Below, piece by piece: positions 28,976 to 38,590 of a DNA stretch of 64,000 nucleotides. Location: NCBI GenBank assembly GCA_018644665.1, contig JABGQA010000108.1, positions 3,527 to 67,526 of the forward strand, read 5' to 3'. A model generated the notes under the pieces. That model ran no database searches, had not been told where the DNA came from, and saw nothing but the letters and a program-made list of their open reading frames with translations. Both the position numbers and the translations under genes were made by a program. This DNA is from Candidatus Poribacteria bacterium (lineage in GTDB: Bacteria > Poribacteria > WGA-4E > GCA-2687025). Position 1 is the stretch's first letter. Each line of letters opens with the position of its first letter.

Positions 28976-30277
28976 CTAGGCGTCCTCCGCCGTCAAGAGC
29001 GCATCGACGAACGCCGCCCCATCGAAATCGCGAAGATCGTCGATCTGTTCGCCGATACCTATGAGCTTGACGGGGATGTCGAGCTCGTGTCTGACGGCGA
29101 TGACGACGCCGCCCTTCGCGCTGCTGTCTAGCTTGGTGAGCGCGATACCGGTCACCGGGGCGATCTGACTGAACTGCCGCGCCTGCTCGACGGCGTTCTG
29201 GCCGGTAGTGGCGTCGAGGACGAGCAGCACCTCGTGCGGGGCGCCCTCGACCTCACGGGTCGCGACCCGGTTGATCTTCTCGAGTTCCTGCATGAGGTTC
29301 TTCTTCGTGTGCAGCCGACCGGCGGTGTCGATGATGAGGACATCCGCCTTGCGGGCGTTTGCGGCGTGGACCGCGTCGTAGACCACCGAGGCCGCGTCGG
29401 AGCCCTGCTCCTGTCGGATCAGGTCGGCTCCTGCCCTCTGCGCCCAAACCTCTAGCTGCTCGATGGCGGCCGCTCGGAACGTGTCGCCCGCCGCGATGAC
29501 GACCTTCTTGCCCTCGTTCGTCCAACGGGCGGCGAGCTTCCCGATGGTCGTCGTCTTGCCAACGCCGTTGACGCCCACGACCAGCAAGACGAACGGCTTC
29601 GCGGCCCCCACGTCGACGGAAATGTCGCCGCCGGCGAAGATGGCTTCGATTTCGCTGCGCAACAGAGGCTGCAACTCGGCGGCGTCGCGCAGTTGACGAC
29701 CGGCGGCCTCCTCGCGGAGGCGCTGCACGAGATGCATCGTCGTCGCGATCCCAACGTCCGCCTGGATCAGGACCTCCTCCAACTCCTCGAGCAGGTCTTC
29801 GTCGATCGCGCGGCCGATGCTGAGAAGCGCCGTCACCTGGCGCGTCAGGGTTGCGCGCGTCTTCGAGAGGCCGTCCATCAGACGGCGGAGGAACCCGCGC
29901 TTTTCGCCCGGTTCGTCGGGTAGGCTCTCGGGCTCCGTCGCAGGAAGGTCGCCAGTCGGCGGCTCCGCGACTTGCGCTACGACCTGGACGCCATCGTCTG
30001 GCTCCGCGTCGGGTACGGCCGCGACGGCCGCGACGGGAACCGCAGTCGGAACTGGCTCGGACGCTTCCTGGACTTCGGCAGCCGGCTGTGGCTCCGCCCC
30101 AGCGTCGTCGTCAGGCTCCGCGGTCTCCTCGTCCTCGTCGACGGACGCTTCGGGGTCCTCGGGATCGACCGACTCGTCGGGAAGATCAATCTCCTCGGGC
30201 GGCGGAGCGTCCTTGGGTTTCGTCTCCGTCGCGGGCTTGTCGCCGGTCGGCTTGCGGCGGAAGAGGTTTCGGAACAT
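28976..30277 (-). CDS. ftsY: Signal recognition particle receptor FtsY
   Basis: Start at MFRNLFRRKP. An acidic A-domain is followed by an NG domain with GVNGVGKTTTIGKLA, DTAGRLH and TKLD motifs. Confidence 0.9.
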   Translation of the reverse strand: MFRNLFRRKPTGDKPATETKPKDAPPPEEIDLPDESVDPEDPEASVDEDEETAEPDDDAGAEPQPAAEVQEASEPVPTAVPVAAVAAVPDAEPDDGVQVVAQVAEPPTGDLPATEPESLPDEPGEKRGFLRRLMDGLSKTRATLTRQVTALLSIGRAIDEDLLEELEEVLIQADVGIATTMHLVQRLREEAAGRQLRDAAELQPLLRSEIEAIFAGGDISVDVGAAKPFVLLVVGVNGVGKTTTIGKLAARWTNEGKKVVIAAGDTFRAAAIEQLEVWAQRAGADLIRQEQGSDAASVVYDAVHAANARKADVLIIDTAGRLHTKKNLMQELEKINRVATREVEGAPHEVLLVLDATTGQNAVEQARQFSQIAPVTGIALTKLDSSAKGGVVIAVRHELDIPVKLIGIGEQIDDLRDFDGAAFVDALLTAEDA

Positions 30278-30415
30278 CCGTGGGTTTCCGAGATTGGAGC
30301 GGCTGACGGCGATGCGTGGTCGGAGCGTCCGCCAGGGCAGGCGAGACGTCTGAACGGTGGAAGATGGTCGCTGTATTGTCAAGGCATTCACGCCGTTCCG
30401 GGTACGGCGCAGACA

Positions 30416-30444
30416 TTGACAGGTCCGGCACGTCCCCATATCAT
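30416..30444 (+). promoter_or_regulatory. Near-consensus sigma70 promoter upstream of the GH-D-like gene
   Basis: TTGACA (30416-30421), an exact 17-nt spacer, then TATCAT (30439-30444), about 90 nt upstream of the ATG at 30537. Confidence 0.5.
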
Positions 30445-30536
30445 CGTTACCATGAACTGCACAGATTTGAGCGTCGGGCTCGCCGCGTTTTTCCCGTTCG
30501 GAGCCCCAGAGCGCATCCACGAGAGAGTTTTCACGA

Positions 30537-32924
30537 ATGCCCAGTTCGTACGGCCGCGTGTCGGTTGTTCGACGCGGACCGCAGGTTACGGTACAGAACG
30601 CACAACTTCAGATCACGTACGACCTGTCCGAGGGACTTTGGAGCTACGCTAACGCAGAAGGCCAAGCGCTAATCCGAGGCGTGTGCGCCCGATGGAGCCT
30701 CGAGGGCGGTGGCGCCGGCGCGACATCTGATCCGTGCGACCGCTCCTTCCACGCGGCGCCGGCGCATAGCGATGTTCACGGGGCCGGCGTCGAGTTAGTG
30801 TTCACCCATACGGCCGAAGGTCAGGACGTCGTCGCGGAGTTGTCGCTGAGCGTATACGAGGCCGTGCCCTTCGCGGTCCTCCAGGCGCGCGTGCGCAACG
30901 TCGGCCGCCGCGCCTTCCGCGTGGCTCGCTTGTACCTGATCGACGTCCCCAACTCGGAAACGCAGGCCACTTCAGGCATCCAGCTCGGCAGCGCGCCTAC
31001 CGACTGCCTCGCGCATTTCACCGGCTCGCTCTATATGGCGCACGGAGCGCGGCCGATCCAGCGCGACGCGGTCTTCCCCGACGAACTCACCGACGAGCCG
31101 ATATCCGACGGACTCATCTACACGACCTCGAACCAGCACGCCGTGAAGTTCGGGTTCCTCGACGGCGGCCGGTGGTGGAGCGGGGCGCGGATAGGGTTCG
31201 TACCGCCCGTGAAGTCCGAAGACGCCGAAGACGCGGAACTGGCCATCAACGTCTGGTCGGTGTACCAGTCGTGCGACGGGGAGCAGTGCCGCGGCGACGA
31301 CATCGTCGCATCCGAGCGGCTGTACGTGAACGTCACGACGCCCGTGTCGGAGGCGCATCAGCAGTTCGTGGACACTGCCTGGGGCGCACAGGCCCCACCG
31401 GAGCCGATCTCTCCGGCCGTCTCGTACCACCTCTCCGTGGAGGAGGGCGACGCTCCGTCGGGCGAACGGATCAAGCGCTTCCTCGACCGACTCAACGCGC
31501 GCCGGCAGGACATGCCCGTCGGCCCGGGCGGGTTGGCGGAGGTCCGGCTAGCGGACGGCTGGCGCGGGGCCTCGCCCGACGAGTCGCAGCGACACTTCCC
31601 GTCCGGTGTCAGATCGTCAATCGACGCGATCCATGAGCGCGGGATGGCGGTCAGCGCCCGCGTGGACACGTTCATGGCCGGCGTCGTGCCCGACGAATAC
31701 GGCGACGCGCTCGTGCGCCAGAAGAACAGACGGCCGGCGACTTTCAGCGCCGACGGGTTCATCGACGCGGCGGTGATGGATCCCACGCACCCGAAGACGC
31801 GCGACTGGCTCCGCGAGCGACTTCGCGAGGCGTTCGTCGATTGGAACCTCGACGTGGCGTATGCGTCGCTGATGCCGTTCCGAACGCTCGTGGCCGACGA
31901 TGTGGCCCGCTATCGGTGGCACATGCCGAACCTGACGCGCATGCAGGTGCTCACAAGCGCCTATGAACTCCTGATGGAGGTCAAGGCGGAGGTGGCGCCC
32001 AACGCCACGTTGGGCCTAACGAACACGCCTCCGGGAGCGGCCTTCGCGGGTTCGTACCGCTCGAACGTGGGGCTGGACCACTTCTACAACGCGCAGTCGC
32101 CGATTTGGGACGGCAAGTGGGGCCTGAAGGAGATGCTGGCTGCCTTCGCGGGTAGTTGGCACACGCATAGCGCACAGCAGCAGATGGAGTTCGGGCCACT
32201 CACGTTTGTTCAGGGCCGAACGCGCAACGAGGCGGAACTCCTACTGACGTTGGGTCTGCTCTCCGGCGCGCAGCTCTGCTTCGCGGACGATGTGTCGGGC
32301 CTGGAACGCGACGAACTCGGCCTGCTGCGTCGCTGCCTGCCGCTCATGGGCAGGACGGCGAAGCCGGTCCACACTGTGTCGAGCGTCGTGCAGGCGTGGA
32401 ACCTGCCGTTCGAGAGCGCGTTCGGCGAGTGGAACGTCATCGCCGTCGCGAACCTGACCGACATGTACGAGGACGTCCAGTTCTCGATGAACGATCTGGG
32501 GATGAGCCCCTCGCGCACGTACGTGGCGCACGAGTTCTGGGATCGCGACTTCTACGGTATCCACCAGCGCTCGTTCTCGGTCGCGGGCATTCCGCCGCGA
32601 TCCGCGAAGATGTACGTGCTCCGCGAGGAGCAGAAGTTCCCGATCTTCCTCGCCACGGACTTGCACCCGTCTCAGGGCTCCGAGGAGCTTGTGACCGTCG
32701 GGTGGGACTCCAAGAGCGAGAGCTTGATGGGTGTCTGCCGCGGCCCGGCCCAAGGCCGAGGTACGATCTTCTTGTACGTGCCGCCGGGCTTCCTGCCCGT
32801 AGGGGCGAGTTGCGTTGGCGCGCAGTATTCCTACCGCTGGACCGCGCCGGTTCTGGAGTTCCAGGTGACCCTCGGGGACGCGCCCGCTCCGTTCAGCCTT
32901 CGGTTCGCCCGTACCGAGGGCTAG
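30537..32924 (+). CDS. Putative glycoside hydrolase, clan GH-D-like (GH36/GH27 alpha-galactosidase-like TIM barrel)
   Basis: 795 aa. EVRLADGWRGASPDESQRHFPSGVRSSIDAIHERGMAVSARVDTF resembles the DDGW...FP.G...L.D.IH..GM.FGLW block of clan GH-D enzymes. The family assignment is tentative. Confidence 0.4.
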   Translation: MPSSYGRVSVVRRGPQVTVQNAQLQITYDLSEGLWSYANAEGQALIRGVCARWSLEGGGAGATSDPCDRSFHAAPAHSDVHGAGVELVFTHTAEGQDVVAELSLSVYEAVPFAVLQARVRNVGRRAFRVARLYLIDVPNSETQATSGIQLGSAPTDCLAHFTGSLYMAHGARPIQRDAVFPDELTDEPISDGLIYTTSNQHAVKFGFLDGGRWWSGARIGFVPPVKSEDAEDAELAINVWSVYQSCDGEQCRGDDIVASERLYVNVTTPVSEAHQQFVDTAWGAQAPPEPISPAVSYHLSVEEGDAPSGERIKRFLDRLNARRQDMPVGPGGLAEVRLADGWRGASPDESQRHFPSGVRSSIDAIHERGMAVSARVDTFMAGVVPDEYGDALVRQKNRRPATFSADGFIDAAVMDPTHPKTRDWLRERLREAFVDWNLDVAYASLMPFRTLVADDVARYRWHMPNLTRMQVLTSAYELLMEVKAEVAPNATLGLTNTPPGAAFAGSYRSNVGLDHFYNAQSPIWDGKWGLKEMLAAFAGSWHTHSAQQQMEFGPLTFVQGRTRNEAELLLTLGLLSGAQLCFADDVSGLERDELGLLRRCLPLMGRTAKPVHTVSSVVQAWNLPFESAFGEWNVIAVANLTDMYEDVQFSMNDLGMSPSRTYVAHEFWDRDFYGIHQRSFSVAGIPPRSAKMYVLREEQKFPIFLATDLHPSQGSEELVTVGWDSKSESLMGVCRGPAQGRGTIFLYVPPGFLPVGASCVGAQYSYRWTAPVLEFQVTLGDAPAPFSLRFARTEG

Positions 32925-33334
32925 TCAGCACGTATCGCGGCCTCCGACTCCCGGCTTCGGCCCAGGCGGCCTGCCGCCTTCTTAGTCGATGCTGTGGGTG
33001 GCCTCACTCCCGCCCGTCTTCTACGGCCGGTGTCTGCGGCGGGATGTCGCGCGACGCTGAGGTCGTCCATCATCACCGCGCTGTGCACTCGGTTGGTCGC
33101 GGCGGTGCCGCTGACCTGCGTCCTCCCAGCACACCCCGCCGACCCCTGACGAGCTTTCCTGGGGTTCTGTCCCTCTGGCCCTAGAGGTGGTTCCGCAGCA
33201 AACGCCCATTGCCGCTGCTCCGTAGCCCTGTGGCGTCCCCGCGTGACCCACCTCAACACACCAGTTCGCCAGGATCCGCCGCGCGACGCCTCCCAACCCC
33301 TACTCGGCGGCGCGTGGAGTGTGCCGTGCCACGG

Positions 33335-33362
33335 TTGCTAGTACCCTGCTTAGCTCTATACT
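33335..33362 (+). promoter_or_regulatory. Candidate promoter in an AT-rich patch upstream of the NACHT-like gene
   Basis: TTGCTA (33335-33340), a 16-nt spacer, then TATACT (33357-33362). This is one of the most AT-rich spots I noticed, 45 nt upstream of the ATG at 33407. Confidence 0.4.
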
Positions 33363-33406
33363 TATCCCGTCAGACGATGCGACCACGTCCACCGGCGAGG
33401 GCGGTG

Positions 33407-36400
33407 ATGGCACAACAAGCGTGGCAGAATCTCCGCGCGTGGAAGGGATCCCAGACGGATGCCTTCGAAGAGCTTTGCTGCCAGCTCGCGGCACACGAGG
33501 ACAAACGCGAGCCGGTCCTAGCAGGCGCGAAGTTCGTACGCAAAGGAACGCCGGACGCGGGTGTCGAATGCTACTGGACATCCCCAGAGCTGGGTGAGTG
33601 GGCTTGGCAGGCCAAGTTCTTCCTGAACTCCCCGACGGCAGGTCAGTGGGGACAGATCGACAAGTCGGTCAAGACAGCCCTCTCCAAGCACGGGCAAGCT
33701 CTTAAGCGGTACTACGTCTGTCTGCCGACCGACCTATCGGACCCAAGACGGGACGACCAGACGTCCGCCAAGGATCAGTGGGACACCCATGTTGAGAAGT
33801 GGGACGATTGGGCAGCGGAAGACGGCGTCTGCGTGGAGTTCGTGTACTGGGGCAGCCACGAGATCTCGGAGAGGCTGTCGCGGGAGGAACACGCAGGGCG
33901 TCGCTACTTCTGGTTCAACGACTCTGAGCTCAGTCAGGGATGGTTTGAGCAACGGCTTGCGGAAGCGGAGTCCAACGCAGGCGCCCGATACACGCCCGAA
34001 CTCAACGTCGAGTTGCCGATCGCGGGCGTGTTCGACGGCCTGGGCCGAACGGCCGCGTTCTTCAGGCGAATCCAGGCAACACTGCGCGACCTCAACAAGC
34101 ATCTGACGTTCGCGGTCTCCAGAAAGGCCCAAGAGGCCGCTGGCGAGGCATGCGAACAGCTCAGCTCCGCGCGATCCGAGCTAGACGCAGCCATCCGTGG
34201 GCTCGATCAGCAGGGTACGGACGAACTGCCGTTGGAGCCGTGCGTGGAATTGGTGGATCGCGTCGACGAGGCGCGATCCGAGTGCGGACAAGAACTCCTG
34301 ACCGTTGAAGTGGAGATACGCGGAGACGAAGGCGATGGCACTGCAGAGTCGCGCGCAAGAATCCCCGAACGGCTATTCGCAACGGAGCAGCACGGGCTTG
34401 GGGAGGCGCGGCGCACGCTACGCGAGATGCGCGAGTGTCTGTCTGCACGCGGCGCGCAAGCTGCGAACACCAAAGCCTTGCTTGTTGTCGGCGATGCGGG
34501 CGTTGGCAAGACCCACCTGCTGCGTGATGTTGCGCAGCGGCGTCTGAGCGACGCGCAGCCTACAGTGCTGCTGCGCGGCAGTCACTTCCTGCCAAGCCAT
34601 CCTTGGCCGCAGATCGTCGCGGGGCTCGGATTGAGCTGTAGCACGGACGAACTGCTGGGGGCTCTCGACGCCTGTGCGGAAGCTACTGACTGTCGGGCGC
34701 TGATTCTTATAGATGCGCTGAACGAAGGTAGCGGACGAGACATGTGGCAGGACCACATAGCCGGTATGCTGACGACCCTTCGCAGGTATCCTCGAGTGGC
34801 ACTCGCCGTCAGCGTCCGGACCAGCTACGAGGACTTGGTGATCCCCCAGCAGCTCGCCGAAAGTGCTGACCTAACGCGTGCCGAACACGATGGGTTCGCC
34901 GGGCATGAGTACGAGGCGACGCAGACCTTCTTCCGCCACTTCAACGTCCCAGCGCCTTCCTTTCCGCACCTGGCGCCGGAGTTCAGCAATCCGCTGTTTC
35001 TTGTGCTCCTGTGCAGGGCTCTGGGCGGCCTCTCGCCGGAGGGCATGCCGTCAGGCGAGCAAGGTATGAGTGCTGTCTTTGGCCGCTTCCTGGACCGTGT
35101 GAACGAACGGCTTTCGCGTAGCCAGGCCCTAGACTTCGACGGGGAAGAGCAATACGTGCACCGTGCGGTTCTGCGCTTCTCGATGAGGCTCGCGGATACA
35201 AACGTGCGCGCGGTGCCCCGTCACGAAGCACGTGAACTCGTCAACCAGGAGTTGCAGCGGACGGAGCACAGCAGGACGCTCTTCAAGGGGATGCTCGACG
35301 AGGGCGTGCTGATCGAGGATCGGCGGCGTTTGACTGACGGCGAGCCCGTCGACGTTGTGCTGCTGTCCTACGAGCGATTCTCGGACTACATGATCGCTCG
35401 GCACTTGATCGACCAGCACATGGACCCGGCGAGCCTCGACACGGTGTTCCGGCCAGGTGGCAGTCTTCACGACGGCTATGTGCGGGACGGAAAGTGCTGG
35501 GACCACGCCGGCGTGATGGAAGCGCTTTCGGTACTGATCCCCGAGACGTTCGGTAGGGAACTGCTCGACATCGTACCGGAACGGGCGCGGGCGGCAGTCT
35601 TGGCTCCATTCATATGGAGCATCGTCTGGCGGTCGCCGAGTGCCTTTACGGAGAGCACACGGCGAGTGATGAACACGGAGATAGCTGGCGAGGGGGCCGA
35701 CCCCGACTGGTTCATCTTCGACCAGTTCGTCGAGTCGCTCCTGACTGTCGCGGCGACGCCGGGGCACCCTTACAACGCGGACAAACTGCACCTGTGGCTG
35801 GGCGGTTACTCGCTGGCGTCGCGCGATGCGTGGTGGTCCACCTATCTGCATCGCCAGTACGGTGAGAAGGGAGCCGTGGAGCGGCTATTGCGGTGGGCGT
35901 GGTCGACCGAGGGACACCCGTCGATCAGTGATAAGGCCGCGAGGTTGGCCTGCACGGCGCTGGCGTGGATGCTGACAACGTCGAACCGCTCCGTGAGGGA
36001 TAGAGCAACGAAGGGGCTCGTCTGTCTCTTGCAGGGCCGCGTCCCCGTCCTTCAAGACCTGCTCGGACGCTTCGCCGATGTGGACGACCCGTACGTCCTG
36101 GAGCGTCTGCACGCGGTCGCCTACGGCTGCGCGCTGCGGACGTCGGACGACGGCGCCCTTGCGGAACTGGCCCTCGACATCTACGCGCGCATCTTCGCCG
36201 ATGGCCGGCCGCCGGCACATATCCTCCTGCGTGACTACGCGCGGGGCGTGATCGAAGCAGCGCTCTACCGTGGACTGGATCTGGGTATCGATGTCGAGAA
36301 GGTCCGACCGCCCTACGCGAGCGACTGGCCGTCCGACATCCCAACGGCGGACGAGGTAGATGCATGGCGGAACTACGCTGAGGATGCGTCCGACGTGGAG

Positions 36401-38047
36401 CGTACGCGCAGCCGTGTGGCTTCAGGCGCGATGAGTTCCGACTTCGCTAGGTACATAGTCCGAAGCAGCTTGAAATGGTCTCGGCGTGCACTTGGCGAGC
36501 CGAAGCCCCCAACCAGCCGAGAACTGGTTGACCAATGGTGTCGCTCACTCACAAACCGGCAGGCGGCGGCATACGGCGAATACACCGCCGCGGTCGAGGG
36601 GTGGCGCGAAGGCGTGCCCCTCAGGTGGATACAGATCCCGCCCCGTCGTAGGTCTGGCACACCCACGGGTGGGGCCGGTGCTGAGACAGGTCACGGCACT
36701 GAACCGGAAGCGGCCGCGAACGAACTCGCCGATGCCAAGAAGCAGATACTCTACGACGCAACAACCCTCGCGGCCGACGCGGTTCGGAAGACGCTGCGCG
36801 GCCGCAAGCGGGAGGATTTCGATGCCATGGTTGTGCCCTACTTGGTCGGCCCCCGTCGACCCCCAGAGCAGGACCGGCTTGACGAGTCCTTCGTGCTGAG
36901 AGCAGTCGTGAAACGGGTGCTTGATCTTGGGTGGACAGACGAGCGCTTTGCCGAATTCGACCGGGAGGTGAGTCATGGACGGTGGGGGTCGCATGGCGCC
37001 CAGGCAGAGCGAATCGGCAAGAAGTACCTATGGATCGCCTATCACGAGATGTTGGCGCGCGTGTCGGACCGGTTCGCCTACAGCGAACCCTTTGGGGACG
37101 ATCCAGACGCCCGGTACGAGGGTCCATGGCAGGTGGGTCGCCGCGACGTCGATCCATCCGTGTTGGCACGGGCCCCGCAGGAAGACCATACCGGGGAGAG
37201 TGGGCGGTGGTGGTGGGTACCGCACCAATACAGTGAATGGCAGGACGGTGAGGCGCCATCCGAGTGGGTCCAGGAACGTAGCGACCTTCCCCATCTTGCA
37301 GGCATGCTCGACATTCCCGATCCCGACGACGGATCAGGATGGGTGCTCATGCGGGGCGTGTTCACGTGGGAGCGGCCCACGTCGGCTGCGGACGACAGAT
37401 ACGAAGTACCCCGGCGTCACGTCGTGCTTCGTGTACAGGCATACGTCGTCCACTCAGCAGAGATGGAAGCGGCCCGCAAGTGGTGCGCTGCGCAAGATCC
37501 AACGGCGTGGACTGACCTTGGTCCTCGCGACATCCGGGAAGCGCTATATCGCGAATTCCCGTGGGCAGAGGCCGCACGCCACGGGTGCCCGGCCGGCAGT
37601 GAATGGCAAGATAGCCTGGACTGGGAAACACAGCATCGTGCGCTTCCCGCGACTGATCTGTATGTATTTAGCGGCGATCCGGACTGTTCCGGGTCGGCAC
37701 ACCATATCGCCGTGCCGTCCGCATGGTTGTGTGGGCAGCTGGGTTTGACCCACACCAACACAGACGGCGAATTCAGCGACCCATGCGGCGCAACTATGGC
37801 TGTAGATCCGTCAGTGAGCGGCGGGCCGGAGGCCGTCCTCATGCGGGCCGACCGACTCAGGGAATTCGTGGCCCACGGAGACCACGACATCCTCTGGGAG
37901 GCGCGATGGGTAAAGGAGATCCTTGGCGGGTGGGACGAACGTGTGAGCTACGGCCGGATGGACGTGCGGGGATTCTACACCATGGACCAATCAGGCGGGT
38001 TCAGCGGCAGCGCGACATCCGAGCACACACCGCCATCCACTACTTAG
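33407..38047 (+). CDS. NLR/Avs-like STAND NTPase: N-terminal Mrr-like PD-(D/E)xK nuclease domain + NACHT-type P-loop module + large C-terminal region of unknown fold
   Basis: 1546 aa from ATG 33407 (GAGG 7 nt upstream). The ORF-track TTG at 33209 adds a Pro/Arg-rich, non-coding-like 66 aa. The nuclease-like motif is GTPDAGVECYW...WAWQAKFF (D at 33554-33556, E at 33566-33568, QxK at 33608-33616). Walker A is GDAGVGKT (34490-34513). Walker B is LILID followed by ALNE (34700-34726). A NACHT-like NPLFLVLLC motif lies downstream, and a HEAT-like SVRDRATKGLVCLL is also present. Confidence 0.7.
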   Translation: MAQQAWQNLRAWKGSQTDAFEELCCQLAAHEDKREPVLAGAKFVRKGTPDAGVECYWTSPELGEWAWQAKFFLNSPTAGQWGQIDKSVKTALSKHGQALKRYYVCLPTDLSDPRRDDQTSAKDQWDTHVEKWDDWAAEDGVCVEFVYWGSHEISERLSREEHAGRRYFWFNDSELSQGWFEQRLAEAESNAGARYTPELNVELPIAGVFDGLGRTAAFFRRIQATLRDLNKHLTFAVSRKAQEAAGEACEQLSSARSELDAAIRGLDQQGTDELPLEPCVELVDRVDEARSECGQELLTVEVEIRGDEGDGTAESRARIPERLFATEQHGLGEARRTLREMRECLSARGAQAANTKALLVVGDAGVGKTHLLRDVAQRRLSDAQPTVLLRGSHFLPSHPWPQIVAGLGLSCSTDELLGALDACAEATDCRALILIDALNEGSGRDMWQDHIAGMLTTLRRYPRVALAVSVRTSYEDLVIPQQLAESADLTRAEHDGFAGHEYEATQTFFRHFNVPAPSFPHLAPEFSNPLFLVLLCRALGGLSPEGMPSGEQGMSAVFGRFLDRVNERLSRSQALDFDGEEQYVHRAVLRFSMRLADTNVRAVPRHEARELVNQELQRTEHSRTLFKGMLDEGVLIEDRRRLTDGEPVDVVLLSYERFSDYMIARHLIDQHMDPASLDTVFRPGGSLHDGYVRDGKCWDHAGVMEALSVLIPETFGRELLDIVPERARAAVLAPFIWSIVWRSPSAFTESTRRVMNTEIAGEGADPDWFIFDQFVESLLTVAATPGHPYNADKLHLWLGGYSLASRDAWWSTYLHRQYGEKGAVERLLRWAWSTEGHPSISDKAARLACTALAWMLTTSNRSVRDRATKGLVCLLQGRVPVLQDLLGRFADVDDPYVLERLHAVAYGCALRTSDDGALAELALDIYARIFADGRPPAHILLRDYARGVIEAALYRGLDLGIDVEKVRPPYASDWPSDIPTADEVDAWRNYAEDASDVERTRSRVASGAMSSDFARYIVRSSLKWSRRALGEPKPPTSRELVDQWCRSLTNRQAAAYGEYTAAVEGWREGVPLRWIQIPPRRRSGTPTGGAGAETGHGTEPEAAANELADAKKQILYDATTLAADAVRKTLRGRKREDFDAMVVPYLVGPRRPPEQDRLDESFVLRAVVKRVLDLGWTDERFAEFDREVSHGRWGSHGAQAERIGKKYLWIAYHEMLARVSDRFAYSEPFGDDPDARYEGPWQVGRRDVDPSVLARAPQEDHTGESGRWWWVPHQYSEWQDGEAPSEWVQERSDLPHLAGMLDIPDPDDGSGWVLMRGVFTWERPTSAADDRYEVPRRHVVLRVQAYVVHSAEMEAARKWCAAQDPTAWTDLGPRDIREALYREFPWAEAARHGCPAGSEWQDSLDWETQHRALPATDLYVFSGDPDCSGSAHHIAVPSAWLCGQLGLTHTNTDGEFSDPCGATMAVDPSVSGGPEAVLMRADRLREFVAHGDHDILWEARWVKEILGGWDERVSYGRMDVRGFYTMDQSGGFSGSATSEHTPPSTT

Positions 38048-38078
38048 GCGATCTCGCGACCGGACCGGCGGACCGGCT

Positions 38079-38590
38079 CTTACCTTCGACGCCGGCCTGA
38101 ACGCCACGCTGCACGACGACGTCGCGTTCGCCGAGGATCTCATCGTCGGCGCGACCACCGCGGTCAGCCGTCCTCTCAGGATGCACAGCGATTCCCCCGA
38201 CCTCGACGCGGGCGCCGCCTTCGAGAACACGGGTACTGCGCCGGTCCACCTGCATTTCGGCACGAACCGGACCTCGGTGAACCAGCCGTTGGCGCGCCTC
38301 TACGCGCAGTGGGACGGGAACTTCGTCGCGCAGATAGCCTTCGTCAGCGGTTCCGACATTGCGGAGGTCCAGGACAGAGACCGTGGTGAGGTGGCTTTCT
38401 ACACGTCTCCCGCGGGCTCGAACACATACCGATGCGGGCGCTTTGGCGACGAGGGCGGCTCTATTCCAGGGCTGTCAGTGGCGACCCCGGCGTGGACGCG
38501 GAGCGTGACAATCGGGTACGAGCGCCTCGTCCGTCGGGTAGAGGAACTCACCGGCAAGACGTTCATCACGAAGTCCGACGCGGCACAGTC
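38079..38590 (+). pseudogene. Possible 5'-truncated remnant of a tail-fibre-like / beta-rich gene
   Basis: The frame of ORF 38181-38864 is open back to 37947 with no ATG, GTG or TTG before 38181. The coding-like sequence LTFDAGLNATLHDDVAFAEDLIVGATTAVS...APVHLHFGTNRTS...LYAQWDGNFVAQIAFVSGSD...GEVAFYTSPAGS begins right after the stop of the NACHT-like gene. It turns Arg-rich and non-coding-like after about 38590, then overlaps the convergent amidohydrolase gene. Confidence 0.3.

Noticed and set aside
29950-30200. Acidic, Pro/Glu/Asp-rich repeat-like stretch
   Set aside because: It corresponds to the normal acidic A-domain of FtsY.
33209-33406. N-terminal extension of the big ORF (TTG start at 33209)
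   Set aside because: The extra 66 aa are Pro/Arg/Ser-rich and run through the promoter-like AT-rich patch. ATG at 33407 has a GAGG at proper spacing, and the coding-like sequence starts there.
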